Below, in pieces: positions 19,005 to 28,023 of a stretch of DNA of 64,000 nt. This DNA comes from Eubacteriales bacterium (GTDB lineage Bacteria > Bacillota > Clostridia > Oscillospirales > CAG-272), in assembly GCA_045658965.1 (NCBI GenBank), contig JAZOVZ010000086.1, positions 43,175 through 107,174 on the forward strand, in the 5' to 3' direction. How positions within the stretch are numbered: position 1 is the first letter of the stretch; every line of letters begins with the position of its first letter. The notes under the pieces are model-generated. The model worked only from the letters and a program-made list of their open reading frames with translations. It did not search any database and was not told where the DNA came from. The translations under genes were made by a program, and so were the position numbers.

Positions 19005-19973
19005 TTATTTGGTTACGTTTTCGGATTTCCCTTGGCTTCTGTATGCCGCCAGTACAAGACGTACTACCTTTGCGGCTTCCGTACCGTTGATCTCAAAACG
19101 TCTGCCCGTTGCCACGCAGTCGTAGAAATCTGCGATCAGCGCACCGTGGCTGGAGCCGTAGCATGCTTTCCCCAGACTCAAAGCAACGTCATCATAATGC
19201 TCGTGCCTCTCACCGTACAAAACGTCCTTGGGCATGACCTTGATCCATTCACCGTCCGCGCGCACGGTCAGCTCTACCGGGCAATCTGTCGCACCGCCGT
19301 TGGTAGCGTAGAAGGTAAAGCCCTGACCGGACTTGCCGGCTAATATCACGGCTGTATCCTCAACCTCGATATCATCCGACAGCGTCATGCAGGAAATGCT
19401 TGCGCGCAGCTGCTCGGGCATACCGACGAACCATTGCACCAGATCCAGCGTATGTAATGCCTGATTGATCAGCACACCGCCGCCCTCGGTCTCCCATTTT
19501 CCTCTCCAAGCGCCTGAAGCGTAATATGCGGCATCTCTGTACCAAGTCACGCTTGCGGCCGCACAGAGACTTTTTTTGCCCTCTAAGTACGTCTTTACCG
19601 CAATGTTGGCTGCATTGTATCTGTTTTGCAAACAAACGCCCAACTGCGCCTTGCTGTTTTTCTCCGCTTCAAGAATACGAGGGATATCCTCCTCGCTGAT
19701 GCACAACGGCTTTTCGCAAAGCACGTTGATTCCCCTCTCCAAAGCTGCGACAATCATATCGGCATGCAGGTAATGCGGCGTGCAGATATGTACCACGTCG
19801 ATCTGCTCACGGTCCAACATCTCAGCGTAGTCCGTATAATGACATTGACCGGGTGCGTTACGCAAAGCGGCTTCACTGACGTCACATACCGCTACGATCT
19901 CATGCCCTTGACCTTTGAGCACCTGCTCGTGCAGCTTTGCAATATTACCGTAACCGATAATGGCAGATCTCAT
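19005..19973 (-). CDS. Gfo/Idh/MocA family oxidoreductase
   Basis: I moved the start to ATG-19973 (MRSAIIGYGNIAKLHEQ), which is preceded by AAGGAG. The ORF-track start at 20030 would overlap the upstream gene. It has an N-terminal Rossmann fold and an EKP motif (VLCEKP). Confidence 0.8.
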   Translation of the reverse strand: MRSAIIGYGNIAKLHEQVLKGQGHEIVAVCDVSEAALRNAPGQCHYTDYAEMLDREQIDVVHICTPHYLHADMIVAALERGINVLCEKPLCISEEDIPRILEAEKNSKAQLGVCLQNRYNAANIAVKTYLEGKKSLCAAASVTWYRDAAYYASGAWRGKWETEGGGVLINQALHTLDLVQWFVGMPEQLRASISCMTLSDDIEVEDTAVILAGKSGQGFTFYATNGGATDCPVELTVRADGEWIKVMPKDVLYGERHEHYDDVALSLGKACYGSSHGALIADFYDCVATGRRFEINGTEAAKVVRLVLAAYRSQGKSENVTK

Positions 19974-19983
19974 ACAATTCTCC

Positions 19984-21162
19984 TTATTTTGAGCCAAACG
20001 TACCTGCGGTATCTGCGACAGCACCGTCATTACACGTCTTCTTTTGGGAATTTGCTACGTGCTGCTCAAGCTCGCGCAGGTATCTGTCCTCATCAACGGG
20101 CAGCATGATAGCCTCACCGTTGTTCCAGCCCGAAAGCTCCATGGCATTCATCAGCTCAACGCCGTTGATGCCCTCTTTACCGTCAACAAACAAGGGCTCT
20201 TCTCCGCGAATTGCCGCAATGAAGTTGTTGATGATACCCATATGCTGGGGGTTCTCTCCGTCGGTCTCAACCTCGGTCATGGTGCACTTAGGAGGAACGA
20301 AGCCGATGGTTGCAGACTTAGACCACTCCTGAGAGTCCTGCTCATTCTGCCAATAGTAGAGCTTGTTGTTCTCAACCAGCAGCTTGCCCTTGGTGCCGGA
20401 AATTTCAAATCTGTTGGTACCGGGAGCCTCACCCGTGGTGGTAATGAACATGCCGGTCGCGCCGTTCTTGTAGCGCAAATATGCGGTTACGTCATCCTCA
20501 ACCTCAATATCGTGCCACTTACCGTACTGGCAGAAGCCGTTGACCTGTACGGGCAGTTCACCGACTACCCACTGCACAAGGTCGATCTGGTGCGGGCACT
20601 GATTAAACAACACGCCACCGCCTTCACCTTCCCAGGTTGCTCTCCAGCTACCGCTATCGTAATACTGCTGGGTGCGGTACCAGTCGGTAATGATCCAGGT
20701 CACTCTCTGCAGCTCACCAATGCCGCCTGCCTGCACGATCTCACGCATTTTGCGGTATACGCAGTTGGTGCGCTGATTGAACATCATGGCAAACAGTGCG
20801 TTTGACTGCTTGGCAACCTCGTTCATCTCCTTGACCTGCTTGGTATAGACGCCTGCAGGCTTATCACAGATCACGTGAATGCCGCGCTTGAGTGCTTCAA
20901 TGACCATTTCGGGGTGGAAATAGTGCGGAACAACGACCATGACCATATCGCAAAGACCGCTATCAAGCATGTCGATGTAATTATCAAAATATGCGATGTC
21001 CTGACCCACGGTTCTTGCTTTCATAGCCTCAATCTTGACAGGATTGTTATCGCAAAGCGCGGTGATCACACCGTTCGGGATCTTGCCGGGGTTAAACAAG
21101 CCCGCCATATAGTGCGTGCCCTGATTACCAAGACCAATAATACCAACTCTTACCTTTTCCAT
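19984..21162 (-). CDS. Gfo/Idh/MocA family oxidoreductase
   Basis: VRVGIIGLGNQG Rossmann motif and a VICDKP motif. 392 aa. Confidence 0.8.
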   Translation of the reverse strand: MEKVRVGIIGLGNQGTHYMAGLFNPGKIPNGVITALCDNNPVKIEAMKARTVGQDIAYFDNYIDMLDSGLCDMVMVVVPHYFHPEMVIEALKRGIHVICDKPAGVYTKQVKEMNEVAKQSNALFAMMFNQRTNCVYRKMREIVQAGGIGELQRVTWIITDWYRTQQYYDSGSWRATWEGEGGGVLFNQCPHQIDLVQWVVGELPVQVNGFCQYGKWHDIEVEDDVTAYLRYKNGATGMFITTTGEAPGTNRFEISGTKGKLLVENNKLYYWQNEQDSQEWSKSATIGFVPPKCTMTEVETDGENPQHMGIINNFIAAIRGEEPLFVDGKEGINGVELMNAMELSGWNNGEAIMLPVDEDRYLRELEQHVANSQKKTCNDGAVADTAGTFGSK

Positions 21163-21175
21163 GTCTGTGTCCTCC

Positions 21176-21946
21176 TTAAAGGTGTGCTTTGATGTATTTG
21201 ATGCTGCGGCCGACCTGCTCCATGGTATCGGGCAGCGTTGCTGCGTTGTCCTGCTCTACGAGGAAATACTGCGCGCCTGCGGCTCTCATGCGAGGCAGCA
21301 GCGAGACAAAATCAATGTTACCGTCACCAACGGGTGCAAATATGGGTGTGAATGCACCGGGATTTTCGGGAGTATTGGTGATCATATAGTCCTTTAAGTG
21401 GACACAGCAGATCCTTCCCTTCAATCTGTCAATCGTTGCACCAACGTCCACGCCACCGTACTGCAGCCAGTAGGTGTCCAGCGTGTAGTTGATATACGGT
21501 GCGTTTTCAATGATGTAATCAAACACGGTTTGTCCGCCGTGCTTGAAAAATTCAAAGTGGTGATGGTGATAGAAGAAGGAGAAGCCGTTTTGCTGCATGA
21601 CCTCACCCGCTTTATTGAGCTGCTCGATCATTTGCTTGCATCTGACCTCATTTGCAATGGCATCGGGCGGCATAGCGCCAAGACCGATATTTTTGCAGCC
21701 GAATTTCGCGTGCTCCTCCATGAGTGCCTGCGTATCGCTTACAATGCGATCCATGGGCACGTGGGTCAGCACCACGGGCAGCCCCGATTGTGCGCTGACG
21801 CGCGCGATTCTGTCCGCGTCAAAAGCTCCGCCCGAATACTGCATATAGGAGTATCCCATCTCCTTGAGTGCCATGGCAGCCTCCAGGAAATGCTCCTCGG
21901 TATCCAGATAATTGCGGATGGAATACAAATTAAGTCCTGCTTGCAT
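21176..21946 (-). CDS. Sugar phosphate isomerase/epimerase (xylose-isomerase-like TIM barrel)
   Basis: Its size and pattern (GYSYMQYSG..., CVHLKD, FLVEQD) are typical of the AP-endonuclease-2/XylA-like TIM barrel family. I chose ATG-21946; the ORF-track start is a TTG. Confidence 0.65.
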   Translation of the reverse strand: MQAGLNLYSIRNYLDTEEHFLEAAMALKEMGYSYMQYSGGAFDADRIARVSAQSGLPVVLTHVPMDRIVSDTQALMEEHAKFGCKNIGLGAMPPDAIANEVRCKQMIEQLNKAGEVMQQNGFSFFYHHHHFEFFKHGGQTVFDYIIENAPYINYTLDTYWLQYGGVDVGATIDRLKGRICCVHLKDYMITNTPENPGAFTPIFAPVGDGNIDFVSLLPRMRAAGAQYFLVEQDNAATLPDTMEQVGRSIKYIKAHL

Positions 21947-22799
21947 CTTTCTCAAATCCCTCCATGGTCTGCGCGTAGCCGTTTTGCAGCAGCAACGCTT
22001 TCAGAGCTGCAACAGCTGCGTCAAACGCCTGATCGTTGGTTTCAAACGTAAACTTGTTTTTCATTTCACTTGCATCGATCTGGGCATATCCCGCAAACAC
22101 GCGCAAGTGCGGCTCCAGCGTCAGTACCGCGTCCGCGTTTGTGTCGATCATGGCGATCAGCTGCCCGATTCTGCCGTCACCGTATCCTGCAGGCACGATC
22201 TCACCAGTCTCTGCTACCACGTCCTTGACGTGGAAATAGTTTGTATCCGCGTGCAGAGCTGCCAGCGTTTGCGCCGAATCCTGTCCGCATTGCAGATAGT
22301 TTGCAGGATCATACACGTGGGCAAGCCCGGGCACGTTTTGCTTGATCAACTGCACGCGCTCCAAGGTGTCACCGAAAATGTCCTTTTCATTTTCATGGCA
22401 AAGCAGCACGCCGTATTTGTCGGCAGTCTCTACCATGCGCGCAAGATACGTATATACCTTCTCGGACTGATCGTACGCACCGAAAAAGCTGAACATGCGG
22501 ATCCTTCTGCAATCAAATGCGTTTGCAAGCGCGCAAACGTGCTCCACGGTTTGCAGATACTCCTCAATATCCACGGTAATATCCACTTTTCCAAGCGGTG
22601 ATCCGATCGACCAGACCGCAATGCCCGCAGCATCCAGCTCCGCCTTGATCTGCGCAGCCTCATCAAGCGTCAGATCCTTGACGTTCTTTCCGTCTACCGA
22701 GCGCAGCTCTGTCAAAGCAATACCGTTTCTCGTCATTGCGGCAATCTGCCCTTGCAGAGATGCAGATGCTTCATCCGAAAATGCGCAAAGTCTTATCAT
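21930..22799 (-). CDS. Sugar phosphate isomerase/epimerase (xylose-isomerase-like TIM barrel)
   Basis: MIRLCAFSDEAS...LCHENE...YFHVKD...LTLEPH is the TIM-barrel metal-ligand pattern. I chose ATG-22799, which has an AAAGGGA RBS. Confidence 0.65.
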   Translation of the reverse strand: MIRLCAFSDEASASLQGQIAAMTRNGIALTELRSVDGKNVKDLTLDEAAQIKAELDAAGIAVWSIGSPLGKVDITVDIEEYLQTVEHVCALANAFDCRRIRMFSFFGAYDQSEKVYTYLARMVETADKYGVLLCHENEKDIFGDTLERVQLIKQNVPGLAHVYDPANYLQCGQDSAQTLAALHADTNYFHVKDVVAETGEIVPAGYGDGRIGQLIAMIDTNADAVLTLEPHLRVFAGYAQIDASEMKNKFTFETNDQAFDAAVAALKALLLQNGYAQTMEGFEKDASRT

Positions 22800-22959
22800 A
22801 ATGTCCCTTTCCGGAAATTCCCTCATTTTGACAGAAAAAATTCCTCATATAATTCGCAAATCCCATTGCTTTTTCCATGATTATATTGTACAATATATAT
22901 AAAGCTCTGTCAAGGGCATGGGCAAAACTATTTTTATTTTTTACAAACAGAGGTGCTAC

Positions 22960-24354
22960 ATGAAGCAATTTATGGACCGCGACTTTTTGCTTGAAAATGA
23001 TACTGCAAAAGCTCTCTATCACGACTACGCTGCGCAGCTTCCCTTAGTAGATTACCATTGTCACATTGATCCGCGTGAGATCTATGAAAACAGACAGTTT
23101 GAAAATCTGACGCAGATCTGGCTGGGGGGCGATCATTACAAGTGGCGCATCATGCGCTCCAACGGTGTTCCCGAAGAATACATCACGGGAAATGCTCCCG
23201 ATCGCGAAAAATTTCAAAAATTCGCAGAGACGCTTCCTCGCTGCGTGGGCAACCCCATGTATCATTGGTGTCACCTTGAACTGAAAACCTATTTCGGTTA
23301 CGAGGGCGTACTCAACGGCAAGACCGCAGAAGAGGTCTGGAATCTTTGCAACGAAAAACTCAAGACCATGCGCGCGAGAGATTTTGTGGCGCAGAGCAAG
23401 GTTGCCATGATCGGTACGACGGATGACCCCTGCAGCGATCTCGGCTATCACGCGCTGATTGCAAACGAAGGACTTGACTGCAAGGTTTGCCCCAGCTTCC
23501 GTCCCGACCCCGCGCTCAATATGCACAAGCCGGGCTTTGCCGCTTATATCGAAAAGCTTGGCAAGGCAGCAGGGACCCGGATCAAAACCGTTGCAGACGT
23601 CAAGGCTGCGCTTTCTGCAAGAATGGATCACTTTGCCGCACACGGCTGCCGTGCAAGTGACCATGGGCTTGATTATATCATGTACCGCGAAGCAAGTGAG
23701 GACGAGATCAACGCGTCCCTGACTACTGCCCTTGCAGGTGGTGCGGTTACCAAGGAACAGACCGAAGCGTATCAGACCGCGCTGCTGCTCTTCTGCGGGC
23801 GCGAATATGCACGCCGCGGTTGGGTCATGCAGCTGCACTTTTCCTGCATGCGTAATCCCAACAGCCGCAGATTTGCCGAGCTTGGCCCCGATACCGGCTT
23901 TGACTGCATTGCCGTCACCGATAGCTGCGCACCGCTGTACAGACTGATGGACGCATGGGATAAGGACGGGCAGCTGCCCCGCACCGTGCTCTACAGCCTC
24001 AACCCCGCCGATAACCAATGGATCGACACGCTGCTGGGTGCTTTCCAGGATAGCTCGATCCCCGGTAAGGTGCAGCACGGCAGCGCATGGTGGTTCAACG
24101 ATAACAAGGTGGGCATGCAGGATCAGCTGACCAGCCTTGCCAACCTTGGCATTCTTGGCAACTTTATCGGTATGCTGACCGACTCGCGCTCGTTCCTGAG
24201 CTACACAAGACACGAATACTTCCGCCGCATTCTCTGCAACCTGATCGGCACGTGGATCGAAAACGGCGAGTACCCCTGCGATATTCCCGCGGTAGGTGCA
24301 CTTGTACAGGATATCTGCTACTACAACGCAGCCCGCTATTTTGGACTTGAATAA
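22960..24354 (+). CDS. uxaC: Glucuronate isomerase
   Basis: MKQFMDRDFLLENDTAKALYHDYAAQLPLVDYHCHIDPREI is a textbook UxaC N-terminus. I moved the start to ATG-22960 (RBS AGAGGTG). Confidence 0.92.
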   Translation: MKQFMDRDFLLENDTAKALYHDYAAQLPLVDYHCHIDPREIYENRQFENLTQIWLGGDHYKWRIMRSNGVPEEYITGNAPDREKFQKFAETLPRCVGNPMYHWCHLELKTYFGYEGVLNGKTAEEVWNLCNEKLKTMRARDFVAQSKVAMIGTTDDPCSDLGYHALIANEGLDCKVCPSFRPDPALNMHKPGFAAYIEKLGKAAGTRIKTVADVKAALSARMDHFAAHGCRASDHGLDYIMYREASEDEINASLTTALAGGAVTKEQTEAYQTALLLFCGREYARRGWVMQLHFSCMRNPNSRRFAELGPDTGFDCIAVTDSCAPLYRLMDAWDKDGQLPRTVLYSLNPADNQWIDTLLGAFQDSSIPGKVQHGSAWWFNDNKVGMQDQLTSLANLGILGNFIGMLTDSRSFLSYTRHEYFRRILCNLIGTWIENGEYPCDIPAVGALVQDICYYNAARYFGLE

Positions 24355-24367
24355 AGGAGAAAGCGCT

Positions 24368-25450
24368 ATGCAAATGACGTTTCGCTGGTACGGCGAGGGC
24401 AACGATAAGATCAGCCTTGCCGATATCAAACAAATTCCCGGTGTGACGGGGATCGTTTGGGCATTGCACGATAAAATGCCCGGTGAAGTTTGGCAGCCCG
24501 AAGAAATTGCCAAGGTCAAAGAGCAGCTTGACGCTTACGGCTTCAACATGGACGTGGTGGAATCGGTCAACGTGCACGACGATATCAAGATCGGTCTTCC
24601 CTCCCGCGATGCTTATATTGAAAACTACAAGCAGACCATTCGCAACTTAGCTCCCTTTGGCGTAAAGGTCATCTGCTACAATTTCATGCCTATCTTTGAC
24701 TGGACCAGATCCAATCTGTTCCACCCCGTTGGCGACGGCTCGACCGCGCTGTTCTATGAAAAGAACATGATCCAGGACGACTACAATGCCATGGCGAAGT
24801 ACATTCTGGATTTCACCGAGAAATACAACATGTCCTTCCCCGGCTGGGAGCCCGAGCGTATGGCAAAGCTGGACCAGCTGTTCAAGGCGTACGCCGACGT
24901 AGACCACGAAAAGCTGTGGGCAAACCTCAAGTATTTCCTGGAAGCACTTATGCCCGTATGCGAGGAGACCGGCATCAAAATGGCGATCCACATGGATGAC
25001 CCGCCTTGGGATATTTTCGGTCTGCCCAGACTTCTGGTGGACGAGCCCTCGATCGACCGTTTCCTTTCTATGGTCGATCACCCCTGCAACTGCCTGACGC
25101 TTTGCTCGGGCAGCTTGAATGCCAACCCCGATACCAACGTAGCAGACATTGTGCGCAAGCATTGCGACCGCATTGCGTTTGCGCATATCCGTAACGTCAA
25201 GCACTTCGAAAACGGCGACTTCTCCGAGGCTTCCCACCGCGACTGCGACGGTGACACGGGCATTCTTGACATTCTCAAGGCTTACCACGATTGCGGCTTT
25301 GACGGCTATATCCGACCCGACCACGGCAGACACCTGTGGGGCGAGGGTCCCGGTACGGTTCGCCCCGGTTACGGACTTTACGACCGCGCACTTGGCATTA
25401 TGTACATGCTGGGCGTTTGGGACATGCTTGATAAATTGGAGGAAAAATAA
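24368..25450 (+). CDS. uxuA: Mannonate dehydratase
   Basis: MQMTFRWYGEGNDKISLADIKQIPGVTGIV is typical of UxuA. I moved the start to ATG-24368, which follows AAGGAGAA. Confidence 0.9.
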   Translation: MQMTFRWYGEGNDKISLADIKQIPGVTGIVWALHDKMPGEVWQPEEIAKVKEQLDAYGFNMDVVESVNVHDDIKIGLPSRDAYIENYKQTIRNLAPFGVKVICYNFMPIFDWTRSNLFHPVGDGSTALFYEKNMIQDDYNAMAKYILDFTEKYNMSFPGWEPERMAKLDQLFKAYADVDHEKLWANLKYFLEALMPVCEETGIKMAIHMDDPPWDIFGLPRLLVDEPSIDRFLSMVDHPCNCLTLCSGSLNANPDTNVADIVRKHCDRIAFAHIRNVKHFENGDFSEASHRDCDGDTGILDILKAYHDCGFDGYIRPDHGRHLWGEGPGTVRPGYGLYDRALGIMYMLGVWDMLDKLEEK

Positions 25451-25451
25451 T

Positions 25452-26294
25452 ATGATCAACTTACCTTTGAAAATAGACTATACCGATAAGGTTGTCGTGA
25501 TTACCGGTGCCGGCGGACTGATCTGCGGCGCAATGGCACGTGCATTTGCACAGTGCGGTGCCAAGGTGGCAGCTCTTGACTTAAACCTTGACGCTGTGAC
25601 CAAGCTTGCCGACGAGCTGACTGCAGAAGGCTTTATCTGTAAGGGATACAAGGCAAACGTGCTTGATCCCGCAGCTCTGGAAGAGGTACACGCGCAGGTG
25701 CTTGCCGATCTTGGCAAGTGCGACGTACTGGTCAACGGTGCGGGCGGCAATAACCCCAGAGCAACCACCTCTAACGAATACCATCACGAGGCAACTCCCG
25801 AGGGCAAGTCCTTCTTTGATCTGGATGCAGACGGCGTTGACTTCGTATTCAAGCTCAACTTCCAGGGCACGCTGCTGCCGACGCAGGCGTTTGCCAAGGA
25901 TATGCTGGAGACGGGCGGCTGCATTCTTAACATTTCCTCGATGAACGCATATACCCCCTTGACCAAGATCCCCGCTTACTCTGCAGCAAAGGCAGGTATT
26001 TCCAACTTCACGCAATGGCTGGCAACACACTTTGCAGGCACCAACATCCGCTGCAACGCCATCGCTCCCGGTTTCCTTGTTTCCGCGCAGAACTACTCCC
26101 TGCTCTTTCATGAGGACGGCACTCCCACCGCAAGAAGCGCAAAGATCCTGAACGGTACGCCCTGCCACAGATACGTACAGGCTGAGGAGCTGCTTGGTGC
26201 AACGCTGTTCCTTTGCGACGATCGCAGCGCATCCGCCATTACCGGTGTCGTGCTTCCCATTGACTGCGGTTTTGCCGCTTATTCGGGCGTTTAA
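25452..26294 (+). CDS. uxuB: SDR-family D-mannonate (fructuronate) oxidoreductase
   Basis: I set the start at ATG-25452 (MINLPLKIDYTDKVVVITGAGGLICG). It has the SDR motifs TGxxGxxG, NISS and YSAAK. Its position between uxuA and kdgA matches the Firmicute SDR-type UxuB (YjmF-like). Confidence 0.75.
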   Translation: MINLPLKIDYTDKVVVITGAGGLICGAMARAFAQCGAKVAALDLNLDAVTKLADELTAEGFICKGYKANVLDPAALEEVHAQVLADLGKCDVLVNGAGGNNPRATTSNEYHHEATPEGKSFFDLDADGVDFVFKLNFQGTLLPTQAFAKDMLETGGCILNISSMNAYTPLTKIPAYSAAKAGISNFTQWLATHFAGTNIRCNAIAPGFLVSAQNYSLLFHEDGTPTARSAKILNGTPCHRYVQAEELLGATLFLCDDRSASAITGVVLPIDCGFAAYSGV

Positions 26295-26306
26295 GGAGGC
26301 TACATC

Positions 26307-26933
26307 ATGACCGTACTTGAAAGATTTTCCCGCGTGGGCATCGTCCCCGTTGTGGTCATTGACAAGGTTGAGGATGCCGTTCCCACCGCAAAGGCTTTAC
26401 TTGCGGGCGGCGTGGACGTCATGGAAATCACATTCCGCACCGCTGCTGCTCCCGAGGCGATCAAGGCTGTTGCTGACGAGTGCCCCGACATGCTGGTTGG
26501 CGCAGGCACCATTCTCAACGTAGAGCAATGTAAACAGGCGATCGAAATGGGCGCGAAATTCATCGTTTCCCCCGGTTTTGACCGCGACGTGGTTGCTTAC
26601 TGCATCGAAAATGACATCGCCACCACGCCCGGCTGCGTCACTCCCACCGAGATCACGGCTGCTCTTAACATGGGGCTTAAGGTCATCAAGTTCTTCCCTG
26701 CCAACATTTACGGCGGCTTGAACGCAATGAAGAACCTCTCCGCACCCTTCGTAGGCGTCAAATTCCTGCCCACGGGCGGCATTAGCACCGCAAACGTGCG
26801 CGAATATATCGATGCACCCTTTATTCAGGCAGTGGGCGGCTCTTGGATCTGCCCCCGTGCCGATATTGCGGCAGGCAACTTCGATAAGATCACCGCGCTC
26901 TGCAAGGAAGCGCGCAGCGCGGCATTTGATTGA
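26307..26933 (+). CDS. kdgA: 2-dehydro-3-deoxyphosphogluconate (KDPG) aldolase
   Basis: VPVVVIDKVEDAVPTAKALLAGGVDVMEITFRT...KFFPA...GG is the Eda/KdgA family pattern. 208 aa. Confidence 0.88.
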   Translation: MTVLERFSRVGIVPVVVIDKVEDAVPTAKALLAGGVDVMEITFRTAAAPEAIKAVADECPDMLVGAGTILNVEQCKQAIEMGAKFIVSPGFDRDVVAYCIENDIATTPGCVTPTEITAALNMGLKVIKFFPANIYGGLNAMKNLSAPFVGVKFLPTGGISTANVREYIDAPFIQAVGGSWICPRADIAAGNFDKITALCKEARSAAFD

Positions 26934-26945
26934 TAGGAGGCTATT

Positions 26946-27974
26946 ATGGGAAAGATTATTACGTTTGGCGAGCTGATGCTCAGACTTCAGCCCTTTAACT
27001 ATGAAAGATTCGTACAGGCAAGTCAGGTAGAATTCTCCTTTGGCGGCGGTGAAGCCAACGTGGCTGTTTCTCTTGCCAACTACGGTATGGACGCTGCTTT
27101 TGTGACCAAGCTCCCCGCACACGCGATCGGTCAGGCTGCGGTCAATTCCCTGCGCAGATATGGGGTAGACACCTCTATGATCGTGCGCGGTGGCGACCGC
27201 GTGGGCATCTACTACAACGAAAAGGGTGCTTCGCAACGCGGTTCTGTCTGCATTTATGACCGTGCAAACTCGGCAATCGCAAAGGCTGACGCTGCGGATT
27301 TTGATTGGGACACCATTTTTGACGGTGCGGATTGGTTCCACTTTACCGGAATTACCCCTGCACTTGGCGAAAACGTGGCTGCGATTTGTCTTGATGCCTG
27401 CAAGGCTGCAAAGGCACGCGGCATCAAGATCTCTTGCGACCTTAATTACCGCGGCAAGCTTTGGACGCGCGCACAGGCAAGAGAGACCATGACCAAGCTT
27501 TGCGAGTACGTAGACGTTTGCATTTCCAACGAAGAAGATGCAAAGGACGTTTTCGGCATTGAGGCTGAGGCGACCGACATTTACGGCGGCACGCTCAACC
27601 ACGAGGGCTACAAGTCGGTAGCAAAGCAGCTGGCTGACAAGTTCGGATTTGAGATGGTTGCCATCACGTTGCGTGAGAGCCACAGCGCAAGCGCGAACGG
27701 CTGGAGCGCAATGCTCTACAATGTGGCAGAAGATGCGTACTGCTTCTCCAAGAAGTACGAGCTGACCATCATTGACCGCGTTGGCGGCGGTGACTCGTTC
27801 GGCGGCGGCTTGATCTACGCAGTGCTTAACGGCAAGACCACGCAGCAGGCTGTTGAATTTGCAGTTGCTGCATCCGCACTCAAGCACACTATCGGCGGTG
27901 ACTACAACATGGTCACGGTTGCCGAGGTAGAAAAGCTGGCAGGCGGCGACGGCTCGGGCAGAATCCAGAGATAA
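26946..27974 (+). CDS. kdgK: 2-dehydro-3-deoxygluconokinase (PfkB family)
   Basis: MGKIITFGELMLRLQP...GGGEANVAVSLANYG...DRVGGGDSFGGGLIY are the PfkB motifs. It completes the KDG pathway. Confidence 0.88.
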   Translation: MGKIITFGELMLRLQPFNYERFVQASQVEFSFGGGEANVAVSLANYGMDAAFVTKLPAHAIGQAAVNSLRRYGVDTSMIVRGGDRVGIYYNEKGASQRGSVCIYDRANSAIAKADAADFDWDTIFDGADWFHFTGITPALGENVAAICLDACKAAKARGIKISCDLNYRGKLWTRAQARETMTKLCEYVDVCISNEEDAKDVFGIEAEATDIYGGTLNHEGYKSVAKQLADKFGFEMVAITLRESHSASANGWSAMLYNVAEDAYCFSKKYELTIIDRVGGGDSFGGGLIYAVLNGKTTQQAVEFAVAASALKHTIGGDYNMVTVAEVEKLAGGDGSGRIQR

Positions 27975-27992
27975 GCAACAATAACGTGAGAA

Positions 27993-28019
27993 AACCCACA
28001 GGGTCATGCCCTGTGGGTT
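27993..28019. terminator. Bidirectional terminator between kdgK and the convergent LRR gene
   Basis: AACCCACAGGG (27993-28003) pairs with CCCTGTGGGTT (28009-28019), followed by CTTGTT. Confidence 0.75.
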
Positions 28020-28023
28020 CTTG

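Noticed and set aside
22828-22853. TTGACA ... TATAAT pair upstream of uxaC
   Set aside because: The spacer is only 14 nt, too short for a SigA promoter. An alternative, TTGCTT-17-TACAAT (22866-22894), is plausible but weak, so neither is reported as a feature.
25149-25451. N-terminal 101-aa extension of the uxuB ORF
   Set aside because: The extension overlaps the uxuA 3' end in another frame and is Ala/Thr/Arg-rich nonsense. ATG-25452 gives the canonical SDR N-terminus right after the uxuA stop.
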